A stretch of 64,000 nt of DNA from Sedimentisphaerales bacterium (GTDB lineage Bacteria > Planctomycetota > Phycisphaerae > Sedimentisphaerales > Anaerobacaceae). Position numbers and translations under genes: made by a program. The notes beneath the pieces were generated by a model. That model was given only the letters and a program-made list of their open reading frames with translations. It was not told the origin of the DNA and made no database searches. Location of the stretch: NCBI GenBank assembly GCA_963708075.1, contig OY970194.1, forward strand, positions 7,232,001 through 7,296,000, in the 5' to 3' direction. Positions 40,431-51,332 of the stretch are shown here, piece after piece (the stretch's first letter is position 1; each line of letters starts with the position of its first letter).

Positions 40431-42707
40431 ATGAAGAGAGCAGCATACTACAGTACGGGCATTGTCTTGTTGGCATGGGTGAGTCTGGCAGCAGGAGCGA
40501 CGATCTATGTGGATGATGATGCCATTGGGGCCAACACCGGATTGAACTGGGCCGATGCGTACCGCTACGTCCAGGATGGTTTGGCGGCAGCGTTGAGGGG
40601 CGACGAGATCCACGTCGCACAGGGCGTCTACAAGCCTGACCAAGGCACCGGCAGAACACCTGGAGACCGTACGATCGGCTTCTATCTCAAGAGCGGTGTA
40701 ACGATCAAAGGGGGCTACGCCGGGTCGGGCGCAGCCGACCCCGACGCCAGGGATATCAAACAATACGAGACGACGCTCAGTGGCGACCTGATGGCCAATG
40801 ACGTGGGCGACGTAAGTGATCCGTCGCGGAGCGAGAATAGCTACAGTGTCGTGAGAGCCGGCGACGTGGATGAGACAGCCGTGCTTGACGGGTTCACCAT
40901 CACTGGTGGAAATGCCAATGGTGACCCGGCCTACACTCACGACGCGGGTGCCGGATTGTTTTGTATGAATGCCAGTCCGACAATCATCGACTGCACCTTC
41001 AACGACAATCGTGCAATGGGAAGCGGGGGTGGCATCGGTGCCGGTGGCGGCGGTCCGACACTCACTCGTTGCACGTTTACCGGCAACCGTGCCGGATACA
41101 TGGGGGGCGGGGCCTTCCTGGGTTGGGGCACCGGGACGCTGGAGAATTGTGTGTTCACGAACAACTCAAGCCAGCACGGTGCTGGGCTGGCCAATATCGC
41201 ATTCGATGCTACGGTCACGGACTGCACTTTCAGCGGCAACTCGGCAACGGGCGACGGGGGCGGCATGCGCAACGATAACAACAGTTGCGGTGTGACCAAC
41301 TGCACGTTCAGTCACAATTCATGCGGGAGCAACGGCGCGGGCATGTTCAACCTCGTCAGCAATTCAACGGTTGCTGACTGCATCTTTGACGACAACCACG
41401 CCGGCTTCTTTGGTGGTGGTGTGATAAACCAGTCCAGTAGCTCGATCCTCACCAACTGTCTCTTCAGGCAGAATTCGAGTTATAGCGGTGGTGCCATGGC
41501 GAACGGTGGGTGGGGTGGTCCGTCAAGCAATACGCTTCTAACGAACTGTGTGTTTGCCGGGAATGCGGCGGACGCATGGGGTGGAGGGATGCTCAACGGC
41601 AGCGGGAGTGATGCGACGATCACCAATTGCACATTCTCCGGAAACAGTAGCGCGTCACATGGCGCGGGCGTCTGCAATCAGGGTGGGAGTATCGTCACGA
41701 CGATTGCCAATTGCATCCTGTGGGGCAATAACCCGTCGGCGGTTGCCGGCAATACCCTGATAATCCACCATAGCGATGTCGAGGGCGGAACAGGTCAGCC
41801 TTGGTTTGGAGTCGGTTGTGTTGATGTCGATCCGCTGTTCGCGGACTCCGCCGGACGGCTGGTGCCGGGCTCGCCTTGCATCGACGCGGGCGACAACGCA
41901 GCGGTGCCCCCTGGAGTAACGACGGATCTCGACGGCAACCCGCGTATCGCAGGCGGTGTCGTGGATATGGGGGCATATGAATCGGCCTATGTGCCTGCCA
42001 ACACACCGCCGGTAGTAGAGGCCATCAGTGGACCGCTGGAGCCGGTTCAAGTCAATACCCTGGTCACAGCGGGTGCATCATTCTCCGATCCCGATGGTGG
42101 CGATAACCATACGGCCCAGTGGGACTGGGGCGACGGCCCATCCGCGGCGGGTTTGGTTGACGAGGATGCAAAGACCGTAAGCGGCAGCCATGGTTATAGC
42201 GCAGCGGGCGTTTACACCCTGACGCTCACCATCGCGGACGCGGCCGGCGATTCAGACAGCGGCGTGTTCGAATTTGTGGTAGTGTACGACCCTGCGGCAG
42301 GATTCGTCACCGGCGGCGGCTGGATCGATTCGCCCGCAGGGGCGTATGCCGAGAATCCTGATCTTACAGGCAAAGCCACCTTTGGCTTCGTCTCGAAGTA
42401 CCAGAAAGGCGCCACCGTGCCGACGGGAAATACCGAGTTTCAGTTCAAGGCCGGTAGTCTGAATTTCCACAGCACGAGTTATGACTGGCTCGTGGTCACG
42501 GCCTCGGATTACGCCAGGTTCAAAGGGACGGGTACGATCAACGGCTCCGGGAACTACAAGTTCCAAATCTGGGCCGGCGACAAGGCCCCGGATACCTTCC
42601 GGATCAAAATCTGGAAAGAAGGAACCGATGGGACTGAAGATGTAGTCTATGACAATGGTTTTGACCAGAGAATCGGCGGCGGGTCCATCGTGATTCACAC
42701 GATGTAG
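40431..42707 (+). CDS. Secreted parallel beta-helix protein with choice-of-anchor-Q-like and PKD domains
   Basis: Signal peptide, repeated (N/D)CxFxxN.A..GGG, SPCIDAG...DLDGNPR....VDMGAYE, WDWGDG...H.Y...G.Y. Confidence 0.85.
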   Translation: MKRAAYYSTGIVLLAWVSLAAGATIYVDDDAIGANTGLNWADAYRYVQDGLAAALRGDEIHVAQGVYKPDQGTGRTPGDRTIGFYLKSGVTIKGGYAGSGAADPDARDIKQYETTLSGDLMANDVGDVSDPSRSENSYSVVRAGDVDETAVLDGFTITGGNANGDPAYTHDAGAGLFCMNASPTIIDCTFNDNRAMGSGGGIGAGGGGPTLTRCTFTGNRAGYMGGGAFLGWGTGTLENCVFTNNSSQHGAGLANIAFDATVTDCTFSGNSATGDGGGMRNDNNSCGVTNCTFSHNSCGSNGAGMFNLVSNSTVADCIFDDNHAGFFGGGVINQSSSSILTNCLFRQNSSYSGGAMANGGWGGPSSNTLLTNCVFAGNAADAWGGGMLNGSGSDATITNCTFSGNSSASHGAGVCNQGGSIVTTIANCILWGNNPSAVAGNTLIIHHSDVEGGTGQPWFGVGCVDVDPLFADSAGRLVPGSPCIDAGDNAAVPPGVTTDLDGNPRIAGGVVDMGAYESAYVPANTPPVVEAISGPLEPVQVNTLVTAGASFSDPDGGDNHTAQWDWGDGPSAAGLVDEDAKTVSGSHGYSAAGVYTLTLTIADAAGDSDSGVFEFVVVYDPAAGFVTGGGWIDSPAGAYAENPDLTGKATFGFVSKYQKGATVPTGNTEFQFKAGSLNFHSTSYDWLVVTASDYARFKGTGTINGSGNYKFQIWAGDKAPDTFRIKIWKEGTDGTEDVVYDNGFDQRIGGGSIVIHTM

Positions 42708-42807
42708 CGACGGCGCTTGCCGGCAGATGAGCGAACATAGGGCTGTGGGCGATGCTCGCAACCCTTTTTGTTTCCTGACTCCGAGCTTCTCCCCCATCTG
42801 TCGTATA

Positions 42808-42902
42808 GGAACCCATCTCCTTGATCGACGCGATATCCGGTACTGCGGGGACCCCATAGGCGTAGTGGGAGGGCTCCCCCGGCTGCCTCCTCGTACTCCC
42901 GC
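42808..42902. repeat. Dispersed ~95-bp intergenic repeat, copy 1
   Basis: Aligns with 54317-54409; core ccggtactgYggggaccccatagg.gtag.gggagggctcccccggctgcctcc. Confidence 0.85.
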
Positions 42903-43134
42903 TGTGAAGTCTCATCACAGAATGGCCGGGAGCGCCTGGAGGTGATGTACGCAGATAGCACACTCCCAGCTTTTTGGTATGTCTTTTGTCACGGCCGAAA
43001 TGTAGATGCAAATCCTGCGTGACAACGTCTTTCTTCTGGCGACCCTGCCAATTCTGCCCGGCGAACGGTAGCCGGCGAGTTGCGTAGTCACAGGAGAGCC
43101 CACATCATCTGCTGAAAGCACAGGAGAAGACCTT

Positions 43135-44056
43135 ATGCCATCCGGGTACGACATCCCGACAGAATTCGCAGGCCACTTAAGAATAGGCACCTGCTCTTGG
43201 AAGTATGATTCCTGGAAGGGGCTCGTCTATGACCCCGACAAGAGGTATCGCCCGAATAATTACCTGCCGGACTATGCGAAGCACTTCACGACGGTCGAGA
43301 TCGACCAGTGGTTCTGGAGCCTGTTCGCCGCCGGCGTACGACTGCCGGACCCGGACACAGCCAAACGGTACGCCGACAGCGTCCCTGACGACTTCCGGTT
43401 CAGCATCAAGGCCCCCAATGCCATCACCCTGACCCATTCCTATGCCAAGCAGCCCAAGGGTTCGGAACGCCACGCCAACGAGCCGAACCCGCACTTCCTC
43501 AGCGTGGACCTCTTGCACCGCTTCCTTGAGACGCTCGAACCCATGTACGGCAAGCTCGGGCCGATCATGTTCCAATTCGAGTACCTGAACAGGCAGAAGA
43601 TGCCGTCGATGTCAGCCTTCTTGGAGCGGCTGGATGTGTTCTTTCAAAAAGCGCCGGCTGGATTCCAGTACGCCATCGAGAACCCGCAACCCGAACTACC
43701 TCAAGGATGAATTCATCAGTTTTCTGCGGCAGCATGGCCTCGGGTATGTGCTCCTGGACGGGTACTATATGCCACGGATCGGTGAAGTGGTCGCCAAGGT
43801 CGATATTCGCACAGCCCCGTTCTCAATCATCCGCCTCCACGGTCCTGATCGGGCTGGGATTGAGGAACAAGCTGGCGGCGTGTGGGACAAGATCGTGGAG
43901 CCCAAGGACGACGGGCTCAAGGCGACGGCGGACATTGTCATGCAGAATCTGAAAGCCCCCGTGGACACCTATGTCAACGTGAACAACCATTACGAGGGCA
44001 GCGCTCCCTTGACTATCCAGCGATTGCTGGACATTCTGCGGCAGGGGTCACGCTGA
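43135..44056 (+). CDS. DUF72-family protein, copy 2 (frameshift at ~43681)
   Basis: Closely similar to copy 1; an extra A converts IETRNP to IENPQP. Confidence 0.85.
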
Positions 44057-44420
44057 CAGGCTGCCTGGCCTCCCATGGCCCGGACGGCAGGCCGGGCACC
44101 GAGTCTCGCATCGCACAGCTTTGTCTCAAAATCCCCGGAGCCCGGCATTTGTGCTGGTCCAACTCCACGTTGCGCTATATAGGGGCTTCGTAACGTCTGT
44201 CCCAGGGTCCAATCGAGGCGCAGGAGGCCCTGCGTAGCGATGGAACCCTGCGGCACACGCTCAGGAGGGCGCCTTCAGAGCCAACCGCGATCTGAGACGA
44301 ATATCATTTTTTTGAAAGAAATGGGGTGGTTACGGGAAATATAAGGGAGAAACCGTATAGTGGGGTCCCAATGGATGAACCGGACCGCCAGGTGGAACTG
44401 AAGTGGTGAGATGATCGACT

Positions 44421-44954
44421 ATGGACGCGCAAGACTCTAAGGACATGCTGAGATTGACGGCCCTGTGGACGCGGGTACAGCCTGTGGTTGCCGGCTATGT
44501 ATCGTCTCTGGTTCCCAACTTTCACGACGCGGCGGATATTCTTCAGGATGTCGCCATGATATTGGTCGTCAAGTTCCATGAGTACGACAGTGAGCGGTCG
44601 TTTGCACATTGGGCCCTGGGTATCGCGAGGAACAGGGTTCTGGCCTACTATCATAAGCAGGGTCGTGAAAAACAGGTGTTTGATGACTATCTGATGGAGA
44701 AGATCGCAACTACCTACGAGGAGATGGGGCCGCATCTGGGAGTGCTTCGTGAGGCCCTCGGACGGTGCATGAGGAAGATCAGGGAACGAGATCGGGCGTT
44801 GCTCGAGATGTGGTACGTTGACCAGCGAGAGCCTGCTCACATCTCTGGCCTGATGGGGATCGCCACCAGCACCGTCTACGTCATGCTCCATCGCATACGC
44901 AGCGCCTTGAGACTCTGTATCCGACGTCAACTGGCTATCATGAGAGAAGCATGA
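44421..44954 (+). CDS. ECF sigma-70 factor (Rhodopirellula/Verrucomicrobium-type)
   Basis: DAADILQDVA, F..WA.GIARN, L..C..K...R.R.L, VY..L.RIR..L..CI. Confidence 0.9.
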   Translation: MDAQDSKDMLRLTALWTRVQPVVAGYVSSLVPNFHDAADILQDVAMILVVKFHEYDSERSFAHWALGIARNRVLAYYHKQGREKQVFDDYLMEKIATTYEEMGPHLGVLREALGRCMRKIRERDRALLEMWYVDQREPAHISGLMGIATSTVYVMLHRIRSALRLCIRRQLAIMREA

Positions 44955-46780
44955 TGGACGATCCGCAGCGGCTCATTGATCGCTATCTTACAGGCAGGCT
45001 TCAGCCGGACGAGGCTGCAGCGCTGCGGGACTGGCTCCAATCCGACCCGGGCCACCTCAGAGACTTCGTGATCGAGACGTATCTGAATCGCGGTATCCAC
45101 GAGATCCTGACATCGGAGCGTGTCCAGGCCCAGGAGGACAAGCCATCCGGTTTCGATGACACGTTCCGCGCGATCGCCGAGAAACAGCGGGCAACGGAGT
45201 CTGTGAACAGCCGGGGGAAGGATCATGAGGTTTCCGGGGAGAACTCTGAAGACGAGACATTGCGGGTGCTGCTGGAACGGGCAGGATCACCCAAGGAACG
45301 CATTTCCATCATCGAGGGTTATGCGAGACGACAACTGGAAGTCTTCCTGGCCCAACAGAAGGAGATTGGAAAGCAACAAGAGTATTCCGAGCGGCGTACG
45401 CCCCGGTTCTCCTGGGATCTACGACGAGCCGCTGTGATGGTGGGGACATTCTTCCGCGTGACTTACAAGATGGGGGTTGCGGCATCGGTTCTGTTATTTC
45501 TTGGACTGGTCATAGGAGCAGGAGTGCAGCACTGGCGGGCTCAGCGCGTGGTGGCGACGCTTGAGGACTCCCGGCACGCCCGATGGACTGCACCGCCCGG
45601 GCAAGCGGAATTGCGGCGTGGACAATTCTGTCTGGAGGAAGGCTGGACACAAATCAAGTTCGTGAGCGGGGCTGAGGTGATTCTGCAGGCACCGTGTACA
45701 TTTGAGCTCAAGTCATCTCGATCGATGTTCCTGGACAGCGGGGCGTTGACTGCCAGAATTACCTCACCACGTGCGCGGGGATTCACCGTCGATACACCCA
45801 ATTCGCAGCTTGTGGATTTTGGCACTGAGTTCGGAGTCCTGATAGGTGAAGGCGACGGCTCCTCCGAAGTGCATGTCTTCGATGGCCAGGTTCGACTCAG
45901 AGCTGTGCATGCGGACAAGCACAAAGATGATTCCCGGGAATTGATGGAGGGCCAGCGTGCTCGGGTCGATCAGAAAAGAGCGATAACGATGGGCAAGCTG
46001 GAAGAGCGCCTGTTCTACCGGTCGCTGCCTGGTGTCGATTCTTTTGGCTTGCCGGGAAAGCGTCTGGACTTGGCAGATATTCTGGGCGGCGGCAACGGGT
46101 TTGGCACCGGTCAGATGCAGTATGCAATCGACCCGCTGACGGGTCGCGTTACCGTATTCAACGGGCAGAACTACAGAAAGAAGAGCAAGGGACAATACGT
46201 GCGGGTCGAACACAATGGTTTTGTGGACGGAGTCTTCATCCCCGACGGCAGTGGCGACCGCCCAGTGATCATTTCCTCGCAAGGCCACGTATTTCAGGAA
46301 TGTCCCGAGACCAACGGTCAGGCCGACGGCGAGATACAGAATACACACAGCAGTATCCTCTTCCACACGCCGGAAATGAGGTGCAGACCTCGCCTGGGCG
46401 ACCGAATCTATGACACGGTGGCTCATCCACACATCTACATGCAGGCGAATGTCGGCATCACCTTTGACCTTGACGCCATGCGCAGCCGTTTGACGGCTGG
46501 ATCCATGCGGCGATTCACGGCCCAATGTGGGGTGTGCGCGGAGATACCCAAGGAAGATGAAGAAGTCGACTTTTGGGTCTTGGTCGACGGGCAGGTGCGA
46601 TTCGTTCGGCAAGATGCCACGAAGGCCGAGGGCGCGATCAAGGTAGATGTTCCGTTGCATGAGCAAGATCGGTTTCTGACGCTGGCAGTAACACAGGGCA
46701 CCGATGGTTCCATGTGGGACCTGGGCCTGTTTGCCGAGCCGGCCGTAGAACTCGGTCCAATGGACAAGAAGTCGGAGTGA
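44951..46780 (+). CDS. FecR-domain anti-sigma with C-terminal NPCBM-like domain
   Basis: TM helix, F.SGA.V.L.AP, F.V.TP...VD.GTEFGV, VHVFDG.V; C-terminal VLVDG...FLTL.VT...F.EP. Confidence 0.85.
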   Translation: MMDDPQRLIDRYLTGRLQPDEAAALRDWLQSDPGHLRDFVIETYLNRGIHEILTSERVQAQEDKPSGFDDTFRAIAEKQRATESVNSRGKDHEVSGENSEDETLRVLLERAGSPKERISIIEGYARRQLEVFLAQQKEIGKQQEYSERRTPRFSWDLRRAAVMVGTFFRVTYKMGVAASVLLFLGLVIGAGVQHWRAQRVVATLEDSRHARWTAPPGQAELRRGQFCLEEGWTQIKFVSGAEVILQAPCTFELKSSRSMFLDSGALTARITSPRARGFTVDTPNSQLVDFGTEFGVLIGEGDGSSEVHVFDGQVRLRAVHADKHKDDSRELMEGQRARVDQKRAITMGKLEERLFYRSLPGVDSFGLPGKRLDLADILGGGNGFGTGQMQYAIDPLTGRVTVFNGQNYRKKSKGQYVRVEHNGFVDGVFIPDGSGDRPVIISSQGHVFQECPETNGQADGEIQNTHSSILFHTPEMRCRPRLGDRIYDTVAHPHIYMQANVGITFDLDAMRSRLTAGSMRRFTAQCGVCAEIPKEDEEVDFWVLVDGQVRFVRQDATKAEGAIKVDVPLHEQDRFLTLAVTQGTDGSMWDLGLFAEPAVELGPMDKKSE

Positions 46781-46848
46781 AAGGGGAATAGATGTCGCTG
46801 CGTAGCAGAAGCAGTAAGAGAAAAATGACTGGTTTGGAGGACGTGGTT

Positions 46849-49800
46849 ATGTACAGGCACATGTGGTATTCATTTCTGTTGGTTGCAGTGCTGGGGCTGG
46901 TCTGGACGGGCTTTGCGAGAGCGGCAGATCCAGACCTTGTCGGCTGGTGGGAGTTCGACGAAGGTTCCGGCGGCGTCGCCAAGGACTCCAGCGGCAACGG
47001 CAACGACGGCACTCTCCTCGGAGGAGCGAGCATCGTCGACGATGCGGAGAGAGGCAGAGTATTGCGAGTGAATGGCATCGACGGCTATGCGAGTATCCCG
47101 GACAATGCGGATTTCGATATCACGGACGTGACGCTCATGTTCTGGATGAAGCTAACCGCGGATTTCAACGCAGACTCTGCATCGAGCATGGCTCCGGTAG
47201 GCAAGGCCCCGGATGAAGACCACACCATGCAGTTCACTCTCATCGGCAAGGACAACAGTCAGAACCCCAAGGGCGCCATGTACCTCAAAGTGGAGGGGCC
47301 GGCTTATTGCTACGTGTATACGCCCAGTAAATCCTGGACTGGAAACACCTGGTACCACGTATCCGGCGTGTACAATCACATTACATCCACGGCCAGTCTG
47401 TACGTCAACGGCGAGCCAGTAGGTACGGCGCTGCTGCAGAGTGGCTCTGAGTTCCTCTTCAGCGGACTCGACGTGCCGCTGGAAATCGGACGGCTTTTCA
47501 TCGATAAGGCTGGAAGTGCCGTGAAATACTTCGATGGTTGCATCGACGATGTCCGCCTTTACAGCCGCGCTCTGACCGTGCAGGATATCCAGGAGGCTAT
47601 GGAAGGCGTGTTGCCTGTCATGGCGAGAAGGCCGAGCCCGTCCGACAAAATCGCCGACGTGCTTCGGAATGTCGTCCTGACGTGGACGCCCGGCGAACAA
47701 GCTGTCCAACACGATGTGTTCTTGGGAACCGATCTGGATGCCGTGCGCAACGCCACCGCCGCCTCCAATGCCTATGTGGGGCGTCAGACCGAGGCTCGCT
47801 ATGCCCCCGGCCGTCTGAACCTCGGCCAGACCTACTACTGGCGCGTCGATGAGATCAAAGATGGGCATCCGGATTCCCCATGGGTTGGTGAAGTCTGGAG
47901 CTTCACCGTGGAACCGGTTGCCATCCCGCTTTCCGGCCGTTCCATTACGGCAACGGCCTCAAGCCAGGACAGCGCCGGTAAGGACCCTGGCAAGACGATC
48001 GATGGTTCCGGGCTGATCGGCGAGGCACATTCGCAAGAGCCCAACGATATGTGGCTCAGCGCCGAGGAGCCGAACGGCGCCTGGATCCAGTATACTTTCG
48101 ACAAACCATATAAGATGCACGCAGTGCAGGTATGGAACCACAACACGGAACTCGAAAAATTCGTCGGATTCGGAATCAAGACGGCGGCGATCTCGTACTC
48201 CGTGGACGGAGAGGTTTGGACCGAGCTAGGCGCTCAAGAACTCGTGCAGGCCAAGAAGACGTCAGTGAACCTGCAGGATGTGACGGCCACGGCGATCCGG
48301 ATCACCGCGCAAAGCAACTGGGGCGGGCTCTTCAAGCAGTACGGTCTGAGCGAAGTACGATTTGAATACATTCCCACGTATGTGCGTGAGCTCTCGCCGG
48401 TCCAGGACAGCGTGGTGCTTCCGGATACGGTCCTGAGCTGGCGTGCCGGTCGCGAGGCCAGCGTGCACAAGTTATACATGGGTACGAATTCGAATGAGTT
48501 GACTCTGGTTGATACAGCGACGAGCACCAGCTACGATACCGCGTCACTCGACCTTCAGTTGGAACAGACCTACTTTTGGCGGGTCGATGAAGTCAATGAG
48601 GCTGCGATTCCTGACGTCTGGCCGGGCGACGTTGCGAGTTTTTCCACGCCCGAGTACCTGGTCGTCGATGACTTCGAGAGCTACAACGACGACTACAGCA
48701 ACTATAATCGCATATTCCAGGCCTGGATAGACGGAACCGGCTATGCTACGCCCGAACCCGGCCGGTCCGGAAATGGCTCGGGCGCGCTCGTGGGCACCAG
48801 CGAACCTCCGTGGGTAGAGCAGGATGTTGTGCATTCCGGCGCCAAGTCCATGCCACTGGGTTATGACAACACGGCAGCGCCATTCTATTCGCAGGCGGAT
48901 CGGACCTTCGCGGCTGGTCAGGACTGGACCCTGGGAGGGGCCAAGACGCTTGTCCTGTTCTTCTCCGGCGATCCGGCGAACACGGGCGGGCAGCTCTACG
49001 TCAAGATCAACGGCGTCAAGATCCCTTACGGCGGCGACGCCGAGAATATCAACAGGCCCTGGTGGACTCAGTGGAATATCGACCTGACCTCGGCAGGGGT
49101 GACGAAGCTGGAGAATGTCACATCATTCAGTATCGGTGTCGAGGGTAATGGCAGTTCAGGCACCTTATACATCGACGACATTCGGCTGTATCGCTCGGTT
49201 CCCGCGTCCGCAACGGTCGTGTCGTGGCTGGAAGCTGAATCCGCTACGTCAATCACCGAGCCGATGAAGACCTGGTCGGATATGGCCGATGCTTCCGGCG
49301 GTCAGTACATAGCAGCGGCGAAGGGCAACGTCAGTAAGGATAATCCGCCTGCCGCAGGAGTGGCCAAATACACCATTACGGTTCCGGGCGGAATCTACAG
49401 GATCGTCGGCCGGGTGATCGCTCCCGCGGGAAGCAGCGATTCCTTCTGGGTCAGGATTCCAGGCGCGATCATCGGCCAGCAGACGGACGTCAGTGGCTGG
49501 CTGCATTGGAGCATGGAGAGAGAATCGGCATGGCATTGGACAGCGGTCAATAGCTATGACGCCGACAGTGCAACGGTCCTCTTCAAGATGGCCGCCGGCA
49601 CGTATACTCTTGAGGTCGCCTATCGGGAAGAGGGCGTCTTGCTCGATGCCCTTGTGGTTCTGGAGGAGCCGCCGGCCTCTGCGTCTGACGCAGTGCTGTA
49701 CGAGGAGACGTTCCCCAACGGCCAGGGCAACTATAAACCCATGGCTTGGATCGGCTGGCAGGGGTACGTTGGATCGAATGCCACGGAAGTCACCACTATC

Positions 49801-50265
49801 GAACCCGGCGACTATAAGGATGACAATATCATCGTTGATTCCGAGGATAATAAGGCCTTTCACCTCAAGGGAAACATCGCCTTCATGTTCACCGAAGAGC
49901 CGGGTGCGCTCTCCCAGTTCGATGTGGGAGCGTTCTCGGCAGAGGTCCAGAAGAAAGACACCCCGTTTCGTTTCGCGATCAGAATCGACAAGAATAACAC
50001 ACCGGGCGACACATCCGATGATGCGTGGTTTGCCACAGACGCTGGTTACATAAAGGCAAGCCAGACCGTCGTCGCTATCACCTTTACGACGGCGGCTTCC
50101 GACTGGCGCGATCTAACTCTGAAGCCCGGTGTTGAGCTCTCTGTTGCCGCCGGCGCCCGCACAAAGGGTCTGCCGGCCGGCGACCTTACCGCATACGGCA
50201 TCTATGGTGAAGCCAATGGCCAACTGAGAATCTTCAACTATAAGGTGCTATCGGAAATTCCGTAA
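46849..50265 (+). CDS. Large secreted LamG + discoidin-like + YYWRVDE multidomain protein
   Basis: GGAGG RBS, signal peptide, LVGWW.FDE...DSSGNGNDG, IDDVRLY.RAL, YYWRVDE, VDDFESY...LYIDDIRL. Confidence 0.87.
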   Translation: MYRHMWYSFLLVAVLGLVWTGFARAADPDLVGWWEFDEGSGGVAKDSSGNGNDGTLLGGASIVDDAERGRVLRVNGIDGYASIPDNADFDITDVTLMFWMKLTADFNADSASSMAPVGKAPDEDHTMQFTLIGKDNSQNPKGAMYLKVEGPAYCYVYTPSKSWTGNTWYHVSGVYNHITSTASLYVNGEPVGTALLQSGSEFLFSGLDVPLEIGRLFIDKAGSAVKYFDGCIDDVRLYSRALTVQDIQEAMEGVLPVMARRPSPSDKIADVLRNVVLTWTPGEQAVQHDVFLGTDLDAVRNATAASNAYVGRQTEARYAPGRLNLGQTYYWRVDEIKDGHPDSPWVGEVWSFTVEPVAIPLSGRSITATASSQDSAGKDPGKTIDGSGLIGEAHSQEPNDMWLSAEEPNGAWIQYTFDKPYKMHAVQVWNHNTELEKFVGFGIKTAAISYSVDGEVWTELGAQELVQAKKTSVNLQDVTATAIRITAQSNWGGLFKQYGLSEVRFEYIPTYVRELSPVQDSVVLPDTVLSWRAGREASVHKLYMGTNSNELTLVDTATSTSYDTASLDLQLEQTYFWRVDEVNEAAIPDVWPGDVASFSTPEYLVVDDFESYNDDYSNYNRIFQAWIDGTGYATPEPGRSGNGSGALVGTSEPPWVEQDVVHSGAKSMPLGYDNTAAPFYSQADRTFAAGQDWTLGGAKTLVLFFSGDPANTGGQLYVKINGVKIPYGGDAENINRPWWTQWNIDLTSAGVTKLENVTSFSIGVEGNGSSGTLYIDDIRLYRSVPASATVVSWLEAESATSITEPMKTWSDMADASGGQYIAAAKGNVSKDNPPAAGVAKYTITVPGGIYRIVGRVIAPAGSSDSFWVRIPGAIIGQQTDVSGWLHWSMERESAWHWTAVNSYDADSATVLFKMAAGTYTLEVAYREEGVLLDALVVLEEPPASASDAVLYEETFPNGQGNYKPMAWIGWQGYVGSNATEVTTIEPGDYKDDNIIVDSEDNKAFHLKGNIAFMFTEEPGALSQFDVGAFSAEVQKKDTPFRFAIRIDKNNTPGDTSDDAWFATDAGYIKASQTVVAITFTTAASDWRDLTLKPGVELSVAAGARTKGLPAGDLTAYGIYGEANGQLRIFNYKVLSEIP

Positions 50266-50300
50266 GGCACAGGCGCACGTACGATGATGTGAATTGCCGA

Positions 50301-50331
50301 GGGGCAGGACAATCCCACATTGTCCTGCCCC
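50301..50331. terminator. Strong hairpin downstream of the LamG gene
   Basis: 13-bp perfect stem ggggcaggacaat/attgtcctgcccc; no U-tract. Confidence 0.4.
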
Positions 50332-50495
50332 CCCAACCTGAGCAGGCTGTGCGGGAAGTAATCCACTGGCCCGGGCTACGTCCGTAAGGTCGTGAGATGT
50401 AACAGCAGGGGGATGCCGGCTCAACTCCATGCACGTGTCCCGAGCCCATGCAGCGGGTAAGGAGTGACCGCTGGTTCAGACGAAAGGATCTTTTT

Positions 50496-51245
50496 GTGAA
50501 CACAAGAACTATGCGAGCGTTTACCCTGATCGAGCTTCTTGTCGTCATTGCCATCATCGCGTTATTGATGGCGATATTGATGCCGGCGTTGCAGCGTGCC
50601 AAGGAACAGGCCCGCAGGAGCGCCTGTCAATCGAACATGCGACAGGTTGGAATTGCGATTTCGACGTATCAGTCCGCAACCAATTCCGAATGGCGCAACA
50701 GCAAGGTGTGGTACCACCGCGGCGGGACCGGGGATCATGGATACGACTGGCAGCCGCACTTCACCAAGGATATCATGGAGAATAGCATCCTGGCCGATCG
50801 CAAGATCTTCTTCTGTCCGAGTGTCAGGAATCTGTCTTGTGATCGGAACTATGGCTACGAGTCGATACTCCAGGGAGATTACACACCTTACCCGACTGCC
50901 TACTGGGAGGAGAGTCCGCGTGACCACCCGGCCTTCTGGAGCACGCATATCTGGATTTGGAAGAAAGAGGTGCGCGACGCGGTTACCCTGGTTAACAATG
51001 AATCCAAGGACGCCCTCCTTCTGGACATGTCGCCGGGCGCCTGGATAAAACTGGCGATGTGGAAGAGTGCCTTGGGCGAGGCCGCGAGACAGTTGGGCCT
51101 CAGGCAGACTGTCGAGCACTACAATGTCCTGATGAAGGATATGAGCGTTGCCAACCCTGCCAATCGGGACGCCGAAATCAACCAGTGGCTGTGGGGGACG
51201 GACTTTTGGCCGGGAACAGAAGGAGCATCTGCTCCTGCGATGTGA
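50496..51245 (+). CDS. Prepilin-type DUF1559-like protein
   Basis: [33 protein letters not shown]...C.SN.RQ.G; FFCPS; degenerate C-terminal motif NVLMKDMSV. Confidence 0.9.
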   Translation: MNTRTMRAFTLIELLVVIAIIALLMAILMPALQRAKEQARRSACQSNMRQVGIAISTYQSATNSEWRNSKVWYHRGGTGDHGYDWQPHFTKDIMENSILADRKIFFCPSVRNLSCDRNYGYESILQGDYTPYPTAYWEESPRDHPAFWSTHIWIWKKEVRDAVTLVNNESKDALLLDMSPGAWIKLAMWKSALGEAARQLGLRQTVEHYNVLMKDMSVANPANRDAEINQWLWGTDFWPGTEGASAPAM

Positions 51246-51332
51246 AGCTCATATATTACCGTGTGCCATCGCACTTATGTCCGTGCAGTCACGATCAGCC
51301 AGACGATGAGAACCTGCGATACTGGAGAATGT

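Noticed and set aside
42837..42902. Group II intron domain V/VI remnant
   Set aside because: No catalytic-triad domain V hairpin and no reverse transcriptase nearby.
38690..44300. Prophage or integrative element at tRNA-Lys
   Set aside because: No integrase, no phage genes and no duplicated tRNA 3' end seen in the window.
50398..50423. Third TGTAAC ECF-type promoter upstream of the prepilin
   Set aside because: No CGT at 16-nt spacing (CTCA instead).
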